From Octopus vulgaris (lineage: Eukaryota), in NCBI GenBank assembly GCA_951406725.2, contig OX597829.1, forward strand, positions 26,722,001-26,786,000: a stretch of 64,000 bases of DNA, in the 5' to 3' direction. The position numbers and the translations under genes were made by a program. Below are positions 23,006 to 36,027 of the stretch, in pieces. Each line of letters opens with the position of its first letter. Position 1 is the stretch's first letter. The notes under the pieces are model-generated. The model saw only the letters and a list, made by a program, of their open reading frames with translations, ran no database searches and was not told where the DNA came from.

Positions 23006-25300
23006 CATCATCATCGTTTAACGTCCGTTTTCCATGCTAGCATGGGCTGGACGGTCCGACCGGGGGCTGGGAAACCAGGAGGCTGCACAAAGCTCCAGTC
23101 TGATCCGACAGTGTTTCTACAGCTGGATGCCCTTCCTAATGGTAACCACTCCATGAGTGTAGTGAGTGCCTTTTACGTGCCACCGGCACAGGTGTCAGGG
23201 GAGGTTGGCAACGGCCACGATCGGTTGGTGCTTTTTACGTGCCACCGGCACGGGTATCACAACTACAATTTCCATTTGATTTTTATTTTGATGTTGATGT
23301 ACTTGACTCAATAGGTCTCCTCAAGCACAGCAGGTCGCCCTACGATCCAAGGTAAGCACAGCAGACCGTCCTGCAAGCCATGAACTCACTTCATTTGTTG
23401 GGTCTTCACAGTCACAGCATATCTCCAGAGGTCTCGGCCTTTCACGATTGCCTCTGTGAGGTCCAACCTTCGAAGGTCATGCTTGACCACCTCATCCCAT
23501 GTCTTCCTGGGTCTACCTCTACTCCGGATTCCTTCAACTGTTTGGGAGTGGCACTTCTTCACACATTTCTCCTCATCCATCCGTAGTACATGACCATACC
23601 AACGCTAACGTCTCTTCTGCATGCCACATCCGATGCTTCTTATGTCCAACATTTCTCTCAGGGCACTTACACTCTGTCGTGCGTGAACACTGACATTACA
23701 CATCCAGCCTACGCATGTCTTCAGCAGTCACGGCCCATGTTTCACTGCCGTGAAGCATGGCTGTTCACACACATGCGTCGTACAATCTACCTTTCACTCT
23801 GAGCGAGAGACCCTTTGTTGCCAGTAGGGGAAGAAGTTTTCTAAACTTGGCCCAGGCTATTCTTATTCTAGTGGTAATACTCTCTGAGCATCCACCCACC
23901 CCCCACTACTAACTTGGTCACCTAGGTAGCGGGAGCTATCAACTACTAGTTTCTCCCCCTGGAGTGTGATGGAATCTGTTTTCTGAGTATCTGTGGTGTC
24001 TATTGCCCCTGTGCATCTGTGGCACATGAAAGCTATCTTCTTAATGGCTTCTAGAAGTCTCTTTCTTTTCAGAATCATTAAAAGCAAGTGCACCATCATC
24101 CATGCGGACACATTTCTCTCCTGTGACATCACAATTTTCTCTTACACACTGTCTTGCAATCCGAAATACTTCAGTTCTTTAGTCCTCACATTGCTGGACA
24201 TTGACAAACTTCTTTTCCGCTTCATACTTGGTTATTTATACCTGCCGCCCAGCCTCCCTTTTGGCTACCTGGTACAGTTCACTGCTACCCCCACCCTTCC
24301 AGGCCTGTTTTTTTGCTCTAATGGCTTTGTCTACCGTACTATTCCACCACCTCGTAACTCGAGGTCTCGAAGGGACTTTACACCATCTGAAGTCTTGGTC
24401 TATGGCACTCAGAAAGCTGTCTCATAGGAATTTCCAGCTACCTTTCTATGTCCAATGTCTATAGCTCCTCCTCCCTCTCCTCAAATTTCTTGATGAGGAT
24501 GTTCCTAAATTTCTGACCATGTGAAGGGTTCTTTAGCTTCCAAATTCTTCTTTTCTGGATTGGTATCCTTCTGGCCTCGAGCCTAAAGTCACTAATGACT
24601 AGCCTATGCTGGGAGGTAGTCTTCACCCAGAAAGGTCTTTGTATTTAAGAGCAACCCTGCATCCCGCTGTCTGGTGAGGATAAAATCAATCTGGCAGAGT
24701 CCCTTGATTGATAGGTTATGCGGTGGCTCTCTGGCTTCCTGAAGTTAGTGTTGCAGATTAAAAGGTTACATGCATCACAGAACTCCAGTGGCCTGGTTCC
24801 CACATCGTTTCGGGTGCCACCGTGTAACCCAGTGAAGATACCAGATTCCTGCCCAACATGCCCATTAAAGTTTCCAGCCACAAAGATGAGGCCATTGCCA
24901 CTCATCTTTGAGGTAGCCTGTAGAAGGGTATCATAAAAGTGGTCCATCTGAACATTTCATAGCCCCGCATGTGGGGCGTAAGTGGAGATAATTGTAGCTG
25001 TGCTGTTCTGCAGGATTAGCCTGATCTTAAACACTTTATTGCATACCCTAACAACCTCTATGACCTTATCCACCCATTTCTCTGCAAGGAGTATGCCCAC
25101 ATCCCCCTACACCATCCATGTTACCTTGCCAGAAGACTTTATACCTATGTGCCTTGCCTGTGAGGACCCTAGCTGATACTCCTCTCCATCTTACCTCTTG
25201 TATGCAGCATACATCAAACCATCTCCTTTCAAGCATCTCTACAATCTCACTAGACCTGCATTTCAGTGTGCCAACACTGAAAACTGGGAGGGGAATGTGG
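23006..25300 (-). mobile_element. Decayed, internally deleted RTE-clade LINE
   Basis: APE motifs (IQEVRWRG, AGNFNGHVG, ICNTNFRK), C-terminal RGRPRKTWDEVV, 3' UTR ending in an (ATG)n tail. Confidence 0.88.
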
Positions 25301-26167
25301 AGTAAGGTTTGAGGAGGATGGATGTTATTCAGCGCCTGAAAAGAAGAGTGTTGTTGTGGTGTTTGTTTTTTAGGCATGCTTCATCAGTTCTCTCTTCCGA
25401 CCTGACAACACTCAAGCATTCAGGCATGTTAATATTGCTGCTCCTACTGGAGGTAGGAGACGTTAGCAGAGTTGTAAGCATAAGCATTATGGTCATCGAA
25501 TGATGTAGATTCAAGCGGTGAAGCAAAAATATGTTAGGTTAAGAGGGAGTCAGCTGAAACTGGTTGCATTTGTCCAGGTAGAGGGGGATTGCAGGTTACC
25601 ACCAGCGGGGAAGGGTTCAGACAGAGAGAGAGGAAACAAGCTCATTCCTATATATACACAAGCGCAACCACACACAGGAACAAGCAAACATGGACAGCCA
25701 AATAGCTTTCTCCGTCACTTCATAAGGCCAAGGAAATTCCTGAGTAGTTGTTGGCATGTTTCTATACAGAATGAAAATGGGATGAAAGACAGCCAGTTAA
25801 GTAGGTGGGCAGATAACCTGCTTGCATTTGTCCCAGTAGAGAGATAGAGTGCAGGTAATATAGGGAACAGCACCAGTGAAGAGGGGGGGAATTGGGAGAA
25901 GAGATAACTGGAAGGGGTGGTGACAAATTTCTAGACAGAATGAAACATAAGATAGTCTGTGAAGTGGGTGGGTGGATGAGCAGCTGGGCAGGTTGCATTT
26001 GTCCTAGGAGAGAGAGGTGAAGATAATATATGGAGAACAGCCCAGTGAGGAGGAGGGTGGGAGAATAGACACAGGTAATGGTGGTGGTATATCTGGTGTA
26101 GATGGTGGGAAGATAGAGATATCTGGAAGTGGCAGTGGGGGTGGGAAAGGGCGGGCACACTGCAAAA

Positions 26168-26710
26168 CAGCAAAGTTTTGTTTGGGGACAGAAGGATGAA
26201 AATATGGTAATAAACAGGAGAAACAAGTAATTAACCTATGGAAATTACATGAGAAATAGAATTAAAATTATATTTTGAGGGGACATTTTCAATGGTTAGT
26301 TCATGAAAACAAGCTGTTAATAAATAATACATTTAAGTGTTAATGGCGAATGAGTAAAAGAACAGAAAAAATGAGAAAGAATCTTAGCTTAGTTTCCCAA
26401 CACCGTTTGGCGAAGGAATGGAATGAGACCACATGAGACGGGAGTGTTTAAACAGATAAGCTGCAACTGGAAGCGAGTTTAGTTTGGGGACAGAGGGACG
26501 AAAATAATGGTGACAAGAATTAGATTGAATGGACTGGGAAACGAGCAAAGTTTTGTTTGGGGATAGACGGACGAAAATATGGTAGTAAGAATGAGATTAA
26601 ACAGGAGGAGAAACAAGTAATTAACTTAACGAAATTACATGAGAGATAGAATTAAAATTATATTTTGAGAGGACATTTTCAATGGTTAGCTCATGAAAAC
26701 AAGGTGTTAA
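26168..26710. repeat. Local direct duplication of ~150 bp (26168-26320 / 26544-26710)
   Basis: gcaaagttttgtttgggga...gaaattacatgaga.atagaattaaaattatattttgag...catgaaaacaag occurs twice. Confidence 0.8.
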
Positions 26711-27022
26711 CTGTATAAAACAAAATTGCCTCACATTTAATTACGGATGGGAGACCGAGTGTAGTAGACTTATAGAATCAAGAGCGATCTCATGCAAGTT
26801 AGTATCAACATTTAACATCTGTTTACCATGCTGGTATGGATTGGATGGTTTGACAGGAACTGGCAAGGCCAAGGGCAGTACCCGGTTCCATAATCTGCTC
26901 TGGCATAATTTCTACAGCTGGATGCCCATCAATTTACAGTGTACTAGGCGCTGTCACCAGTGCTTTTGGCATGGCACCAGCACCCACACTAATGCCTTTT
27001 ACAGAGCACCTTGGTTTTAGGA

Positions 27023-27157
27023 TATTTATTTTAATATGGGGTAGGACTGCCTTTGGCAGTAATTTCAGTTTGAATTCTACAAGGTACGGACTCATACAAA
27101 GCTTGAATTGTTTCCAGAGGAATTTTTGTCCATTCTTCAGCTAAAACAGTCTCCAGT
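27023..27157 (-). mobile_element. Fragment of the same Tc1 family
   Basis: Closely matches 6803-6917. Confidence 0.7.
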
Positions 27158-30100
27158 GTGTGTGTATGTAAAAGGGAGTCATGTGAATGTTTGTGTGTGC
27201 AATGGAAGTGGAATGGTGAAATTCAATGCTGAAAGAAAAATCAAACAGCATTTCAACTGTGTGAGTATATGTGTGTATGTATGTGCATGTACAAGGGAAG
27301 TATGTGAATGTTTGTATCTGATTATTAAGTACCTTATTTATATATAAAATACTACAATTAGTTGTCATTTTTGATGGCATGAGGCCAGCTAGTAATACAA
27401 TAATGTTCTTTATTGTTGAAGTTGACAATCATTCAATTACTACACATTGAAATATTGAGTAGGCATTCATCACCCTCTCTCCACTCTTCTATTCCAAAGA
27501 ATAGCAGCGAGAGGTATTGGGGAGAGTAATGGAGTAGACACTACTAAGGAAGGAGTGTGGACAGAAAAAAGGAGAGACATAAGGCTTAGAGAGATAAAAT
27601 AAGTTGTATTGAGTTCCCAGGCTAATCCACATGATAAGGGAAGCACGAACAGATGTGAGGGAAACAGAGTATGAAAACAGTAAATATATCTGATAATGTA
27701 AAAATCAAATACAGCTTAGAAAAAAAGGTCAATTTTACAAAACTTTCATTACAATGCCATCTACAAATGCTTTTTTCTCATGTGAAATGTGAAGTGAAAG
27801 AAAAGTAGTCGACTTCAATAATAATGGTTTCAAATTTTGACACAAGGCCAGCAATTATGGGGGATAGGATAATTAGTTATACTGACCCTGAAAGAATAAA
27901 AGGTAAAACTGACCTCAGCAGAATTTGAGCTCAGTACATCAATAGTTATAAGAAATGCTGATAGGCATTTTCTTTGACAAGCTAACAATTCTCCCAGCTT
28001 GCAGCCATTCACTTCAATAATAATAATAAATATATTTACACATACATCGACAGACATGAAAATACATATATACACAATAACTCAAATTTTTTTTTATTAA
28101 ATATACAAAACCAATTTGCATAAAAATGCTACAAACAATTATCACATTAAAGCATAACAAACTTGAAATAGTTCCACTGTTCATAGATTTTTTTTTTTTA
28201 CATAAAAGAAAAAAATTCACACAAGTTAATAGTTCAAATAATTATTTTAATGTTGAAAGAGACATGTCATTTATAAAATATAACTTAATTTATGTACCTT
28301 AAAATGTCAATTAATAAATTAGCAATTTTACATGAAGCAGATCAGAAGCTAATCGTAAGTAAAATGCATGTTTATAAATTAACTGTTGCACTGAAGCATG
28401 TGTGTGTGTGTGTTTAATAAATACTTTGAATATTTTATCATTCTTAATTGACCTTCAATACAAACGTGCTCAATTTATCTATGTCAGCTTTATATAAAGA
28501 CCAACAAAAACAGGCAATAAAGAGCACAAACATTAATCCTAAATTCTGGGAGCAACACAGAGAAGACAAAACAGCATGGCATCACATCATCAAGATTGGC
28601 ATAGAATATTTTTGAAAACATGAAAGAAGGAGGTAAATAATTGCAACGAAGTATTCGGTAACACCAACTAAAGCCTCCATTGAACATAATTTGTCATATG
28701 CAAACAAAAGGAGACAAAGTAAATTTAGCTGCAATATTCAAATAGTATGAAATTGAGTAAACTGACTCAAGGTCCGAAATTTGATTTTAAGCTTCCAACT
28801 ACTTCTTAAGAGTTATCACATACATATATTTAAGAAAGAAAAATGAAGGATTTAAAACATTAGCTGAACACTGAAAGATTTCAATTAATTTTACAGAGTC
28901 AATATTCTATTTGGTGTAGAGCTTGCATAACTCTAATTAAATAACATACTCGCCGCCAAATAGAATATCTTACATAGAACAGTACAAATTATATGTGTTC
29001 TATGGAATAATTACAAATGGTCCCCACTGATCAAAACATTTATATGCTTGTTCTCCATTCTCAAGGATTAAGTTAAAAAATTAGATTAGAATTTCTTTAT
29101 TATATCATTAATCTAAATATTATTGTTTAACCCCAGATTAACCTTGATTGAGGAAACCAAAAACAAAAGCATTCTCGCTATGAACACCCCATCTTTTATA
29201 CAATCTATTTAATGTTCCCCTCATCCCATTTTTTTTTTAACTAGCAGGGTGTGATTTTCGGGAGATTTGACTGCATTATCTAGCAGGGCAACTGACCAGC
29301 ATTAGCCCTAGGAAATATCTAGTGTTTATCCTGTCTGATTTCAGCCACAATTTTATGGGTTTCCTCATGTTGGTATGGGTTGGAATGTGTAAATTTTATC
29401 ATGCCATTACAAGCCTCTGCAGAGAGGACTAAAGAGTCCCTCTCTACCCTATCATCATCATTATTTTAATGTCTACTTTTCCATGCTTGCATGGGTCAAT
29501 TGAGTGTAAGTTGGGACTGAGTTTTTAAAAGCCAGATATCCTTCCTGAGACTGACAGAATAAGTAGCAGGTTTTAAAAAAAGTAATGGGGTTGATTCATT
29601 CAGCTAAAAATCTCCCTCATATCAGAGCTATGTATCCTGTCTTGTAACATTAATCCAGATATCCTTCAGATGAAACCCTTTCAGCTGCTTGTATTCAAAA
29701 TCATACTTTCATTCATGACTATAAGTGAGGATAGGCATAGAAAACGGAATTGAAGTTAACAAGTTTGGCCTTTTTGTATCAGCCTCTCTTCTTGAAAGGC
29801 TGATAGAGGGACTTTGAGGGGATCAACGTCATAGTCTTTGTGACATTAATTCTCATCCTTGCCTTGCAGCACTCAGCAGTAAGTTCATTCAGTACATTGT
29901 GGAAATCACCTTCTGAAGAGACAAGAAGCACCATGTTGCCTACAAATCTTACACCAACTGATTGTGATACCACTTTCACAATGGCCACACATGTCAATCC
30001 AGTTCATAAAAATTATGAAAAGGTGATGTGACAATACACACCCCTTCTGAAATTCAACACCTCTATTGATAGGACAGATAGACATGAACTATACATATTT

Positions 30101-30707
30101 TTTCATGAGATGCATACATCTACACAATATGCTTTGCCTAATTCTAAAACAATTACTCATATAATTTATGCCAATATCAACATTTTGTATACCCATTCAC
30201 ATTAGGAAATAAAATAAATTTCATACAGAAAATGTTATCATACTTATCACTGTCTATTAAAAATAAGTATCCCCTTTCAAGCTTAACCAATTTTTTAAAT
30301 TTTTAATTTTAAGTGGTTTAATCAAAGGAGGTGGGGGTTGATTGTGCCTACGACAGTCCAAATTGCACTCAAGACTGATATGGTTATTGCAGGAAAAAAC
30401 TAAGATGGGATGGGAATTCCCAAGGTGGTGCAGGACCTGAGGAAGTAGAAAGTATGGATGACAAGAGAAATTTGGGTGAAGGTCACATGGCCCTGAGGGA
30501 CAGAAATTATAGTAATAATAGAAAAGGCAGAATGAAAAGACAGTGAATCTTTACGCGACTGGCTAAAGTGTATTGCTGAACAATTACATCAAGAGACTGC
30601 TATTAGATGCAGGCCAAGAAGTTTGTGTGAGTAGCACACAAACGTTTAAAAGAAAAAAATCTTGCATAATCTTTGTAAACGATAGGCTCATTAAACTAAT
30701 GTTGTTT

Positions 30708-30807
30708 GTTGAATGCACCGGTTCTCGTCTGATCACCAAAGTTAAGCAACGTCAAGCCTAGTTAGTACTTAGATGAGTGATCGCTTGGAAAACCTAGGGG
30801 CAGTAAG
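30708..30807 (+). pseudogene. 5'-truncated 5S rRNA pseudogene
   Basis: gttgaatgcaccggttctcgtctgatcaccaaagttaagcaacgtcaagcctagttagtacttagatgagtgatcgcttgg follows the animal 5S rRNA sequence with many transitions. Confidence 0.85.
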
Positions 30808-31555
30808 AATCTCACACTTTAGGTGTAGGAGTGGCTGTGTGGTAAGAAGCTTGCTTCCCAACCACATGGTTCTGGGTTCAGTCCCACAATGTGGCACTTC
30901 GGGCAAGTGTCTTCTATTATAGGTTCAGGCCAACCAAAGCCTTGAGAGTGGATTTGGTAGACAGAAACTGTAGGTAAATATATATGTGTGTGCCTGTGTT
31001 TGTCCCTTACAACTGCTTGACAACCAGTGTTGGTGTGTTTACATCCCTGTAACGTAGCAGTTTGGCAAAAATAACTAATAGAATAAGTACCAGGCTTAAA
31101 ACAGAAACACTGAGGTCAATTCATTCAACTAAAATTCTCTAAGGTGGTGCCCCAGTTTAATGACTGAAACAAGTTAAAGAATGCATTGGATAAAGAGAAC
31201 TTTTCTAGCACAGACTAAACAAAGGAATTAGCTATCCTTGTTGAGAGCAGTATAATAGACAAGGCAAGTGACAATCATAGTGTCAAGGCCTTTGGTCCAT
31301 CAGGAATTCCTGCAAAGATTCTCAAAATATCTGGTGGTGTGACACACAGCCTAGTCACCGGGTAGTTAATCCTGTTGTACCGGAAGGTATCATAGCCAAT
31401 ATCTAGTGGAGCAGCATTACAATCAGCTGCTACAAGAGCAATGAGGATAGTAATGAATTCAATGGGCAGCTTGTTCAAAAGAGATCGGTTTTCGGCTCTT
31501 CTTATTCATCAGTCCTCCAAGCCATAACAGAGGAGTTTAAGACTGGTTGACCATG

Positions 31556-31945
31556 TTAGTTAGTTAGTTAGTTAATTTGGCTCAAAAGCAAATAGCAAGG
31601 TGGACATGGAGTTAAGTACAGGGTGGTGTTCATGTAAAGAGTTCAGGCCACTTGAGGTCAAGGGAGGCTTTGAACAAAGCGGTTGTCAGCATCTTCACCA
31701 TCTTGTCTGGCAGCTTGTTCCACGGATCCGCAACCCGGATGGAGAAAGCTCCTCTCCTTCGATTGAGATGAAATCGTCACAGGTAGAGCTTTTCAGAATG
31801 ACCCCGCAGCCGACGCTCTGGAGCAGGAGTGAAGAACAGCTCTTTCGAGAGGTTACACTTTCCGCTTATGATGTTGTGGGCGAGAATGAGATCACCACAG
31901 CGGCGGCGTTTTTCAAGAGAATAAAGGTCGAGCGTCCTCTCTTTA
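31556..31945 (-). mobile_element. CR1-like LINE 3' end with (TAAC)n tail
   Basis: LEKRRRCGDLI...RLRGHSEKL...FSIRVADPWNKLP...FKASLD. Confidence 0.75.
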
Positions 31946-33895
31946 AGTTGATGAACTTGTTCTAATAGCTGACTCTGTAGTAGACTTTGAAAAGAAATCT
32001 CAGGCAGAATTCTGCTTTAGGCACGCCATGTAACCCCTTGTAACTTTATCTTTTGTGGAATTTTCAGAAAACTTTTGTGAACTTGTGTTCTACACATGGG
32101 AATTCATAAGACTATGAAAAATCAAAAACAAAATTTTTTTTTGTGATTTAAGGGGTATTTAGCTGCTATTTTCAGCACATCGCATGTCTACCTATTACCG
32201 TCCTTGTTTGTTAGCCTGACATATTGATCTTTTTCAATATCTTTCTCCCCATAAACACATTTAACATTGCTGGGATTCAAGCCAAAAATTCGGACTGTCT
32301 ATATTTTAAATTCATAAAAAAAAAAAAAAGGAAAAAGTGCAGGAGTAGCTGTGTGATAAGTAGCTTGCTTACCATCCACATAGTTCCAGGTTCAGTCCCA
32401 CTGCGTGGCACCTTGGGCAAGTGTCTTCTACTATAGCCTCAGGCTGACCAAAGCCTGTGAGTGAATTTGGTAGACAGAAACTAAGAGAAGCCTGTCGTGT
32501 ATATCATCATCATCATCATCGTTTAACGTCCGTTTTCCGCGCTAGCACGGGTTGGACAGTTTGACCGGGGTCTGGGAAGCCAGGGGCTGCTCCAGGCTCC
32601 AGTCTGATCATATATATATATATATATATATGCGTGCAGATAGATAGGTATGTGTGTGTTTGTTCCTCCAACATTACTTGACAACCAATGCTGGTGTGTT
32701 TACGTCCTCGTAACTTAGCAGTTCAGCAAAAGAGATCAATAGAATAAGCTTACAAAGAATAAGTCCTGGGGTCAATTTGCTCAACTAAAGGTGGTGCTCC
32801 AGCATGGCTACAGTCAAATGACCGAAACAAAAAAAAAAAATGTAAAAACTGTTTTTTTTATAATCATATGAATTCCCGTGTGTAGAAAATTTTCTAAAAA
32901 TTCCAAAAAATAAAAGACCAGCAGATAAGTGGACAAACTTCTAATCTCATCAGTAAAATGACCGTGTTCAATGTATAGAAATGGTGTATGTAGAAATGCC
33001 ACATAATGTACCAAATGCAAACTGCAGAAACATAAGAGGTGCAATGGAATTACATGAAAGTTAACACAGAACATGAACTTTGTGCGATAGATGTACAAGA
33101 ACAATGGATACTAAGAAGACACAAGAAATAGATTTCCTTGAATGCCCAGAAGGGTCTTTTGAGGTAGCAGATATTTTCTTTACCTAAATAATCTAGTTAG
33201 CAGTGAATAAGGTTGTTCTGAAAGCATGGTTGCTAGAATATGAATAGGATGAAGAAAGTTCAGAGAGCTACTGTCTTTGTTGGTAACAAAAAGTCACTGT
33301 TTCAGAGTGACAAGTAATGCTAAATAGTAGTGAAACATGGTCTGTGCATGCAGAGGAGATGTGAAAGCTTGAAAGAAACCCAGTTAGCATGCTCCACTGG
33401 GTGTGCACATCAGTGTGTGTACAACAAAGTGTAAATGAATCGAGAAAAATTGGGCATAAGAGACATCAGATGTAGTGTGGAAGAGAGAAAGCTGCACCAA
33501 TATGGTTAGGTTATGCATATGGACGAGGACAGTTGCATAAAGAAGTACCAATTGTTAAAAGTGAATGGAACCTATGAAAGAGGGAGAACAAGGAACAATG
33601 TGGTGTAAAAAACTTTGGGTCTAGATGTTGAGCTTCACTGATGAGATAACAAAAGATGGAGATGATTGGCAATTTGCTGTACTTGAAAAGACTCATCTTT
33701 GTAAAAATTAGGCCCTAAAGACATGTCTATGTTCCTGCACACAATCTGTCCTTGACAAAACTTTCCAACAATTCATTTTCGTAACATCTTAATCTCCACC
33801 TGTGTTCACCATTCATTGCATTCCCCTTCCACTCTATCCCCTTTTACAAACTTACCTACCCAAATACTCTGTACCACTTCACTTACATCCACTTC

Positions 33896-33934
<39 letters not shown>

Positions 33935-34943
33935 AATGGTGGTGATAGGAGATTAGTACTTCACTTAGAAACAGGCAGGTGTTAGCATCGAGGACATCTG
34001 GCCTTAGAATTTTGAAGATTATGCACTTTTGATTATGTGAGGGCTATATCTAAGAGGATGGTTTCAGTCACCTTGCTTACCTGCTTTGAGTAGGTTAGTA
34101 ACAAAACACATGTGCCATAAGGTATAGCACATATATACATAACTGTAGAACTGGTGAAGTTCTAATGAGTGAGCCAGCCTGAAGAGTCAAAAGGTCTGAC
34201 ACTGTGTAGTATGTTGATGTGTGGTGGTTAGCCATGATGATGTAGTAGTTGGGACACTTTACTAGATACTAAGACAGCAATGGTTAGGTGGTGAGATACA
34301 AATCAACAGTTATCCAAGTATCTTATATGTTAGTCAGGCATATACATAGGCTTTCTTATTTGTAGAGGACAGCAGAGAAGGCACGTGGCTTAGTGATTAG
34401 AGTATTTGGCTCACAATCATAAGGTCACGAGTTCAATTCCTAATTCCTGACTACATGTTGTGTCTTTGAGTAAAAATGAGTTGAATCATTCAGTGTCACA
34501 ACGAATCACTCTGAGAACTAAGTTAAGGGCATGCATATCTGAGGAGTGCTCAAAAGAGTGGGAGAGTCAAAAGAAGTCATAGATATAGACTTCAGACAGG
34601 AGGAAGTGAGCTAAATTTGCCCTCAAACATTTGATGATGGTTGGAGGATTTTAAAGAGACAGCAGAGAAGTTAGATCAGGTAACTTAGAACGTTTAAAAT
34701 CATTGTAAAGATTTTCGGCTTGTTCTACAAAGCAGTTAACAACCTAAACTATAAAAATTACTACTAAAATACTGTGTTGGGATGAGTATTGACAAGGCAA
34801 TGTGGTATAAAGTTTGCTTCCCAACCGCATAGTTCTGGGTTCAGTCCCAATGTGTGGCACCTTGGGCAAGTGTCTCCTACTATGGCATCAGACCAACCAA
34901 AGCCATGTGAGTGCATTTGGTAGGTGGAAACGAAAAGCCCGTC

Positions 34944-35003
<60 letters not shown>

Positions 35004-35272
35004 GTGTGTGTATGTCTTTGTCCCACCATTCCACTGCTTGACAACTGGTGTCGGTGTGTTTATGTCCCCCATAACTTAGTGGTTTGGCAAAAGAGGCTGA
35101 TAGAATAAATACCAGGCTTTAAAAAGAATAAGTCCTGGGACCGATTTTTTCCATTAAAACACAGCATTCTTTCGTTTTGACGTGAAAAATTACAACGGTA
35201 ATTTCCGTGAGCACATGTCTTGTCAACTGTTAATGGATCTATCGAAATGGAAAGAGAAAGCTAATCGGTTGT

Positions 35273-35686
35273 ACGTGCGTGCTTGTTCCTCTGTGTGTGT
35301 GTGTGTGTGTGTGCATGCTTCTTGTTCGTGTGTGTGCGTGCTTGTGCATGCTTCTTGTTCGTGTGTGTGTGCGTGCTTGTTCTTGTGTGTGTGTGCATGC
35401 TTGTTCTTGTGTGTGTGTGCATGCTTGTTCTTGTGTGTGTGTGCGTGCTTGTTCTTGTGTGTGTGTGCATGCTTGTTCTTGTTTGTGTGTTCTTGCTTGT
35501 GTGTGTGTACGTGCTTGTTCTTGTGTGTGTGTGCATGCTTGTTCTTGTTTGTGTGTTCTTGCTTGTGTGTGTGTGTGTGTGCGTGCTTGTTCTTGTGTGT
35601 GTGTGTTTGGTCTTTGTCTGGGCGCTTGTTCTTGTCTGTGGTGTGTGCATGGTACTTGTTCTTGCGTGCGTGTGTGTGTGTGTGTT
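35273..35686. repeat. Compound minisatellite, (GT)n-GCATGCTTGTTCTT units
   Basis: Directly visible; it generates the spurious ORFs annotated here. Confidence 0.9.
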
Positions 35687-36027
35687 TACCGAGTACTGTG
35701 TTGTGATTTTCCGAGACGGTGATCCAGTATGACTGAAGCAAGAAAACGAATGAAAGAATATGTACATAAAAATAACAACCTTTACCCATTCCTACAAACG
35801 ACCACAGAGAAGGGACATTACTCATGGCTTTCGCATGTTCTCCCAGGTTGATACAGTTACTAACTTCGAAGTTAGATCTGTTCATCACACCCAATGAATT
35901 ATTAACTGCATTTACAATCTACTTAAAAGTCCCGATTAGAAATACGAAAAAAAAAAAACTTATCTAATTAAAAAAATATCGTTTAAAGAGAAATAAAATC
36001 AGTTTACCATAGAAGAAAACAATAAGA

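Noticed and set aside
35182-35894. Five overlapping long ORFs (Cys/Val- or His/Thr-rich)
   Set aside because: They are translations of the GT-rich minisatellite, open in many frames on both strands.
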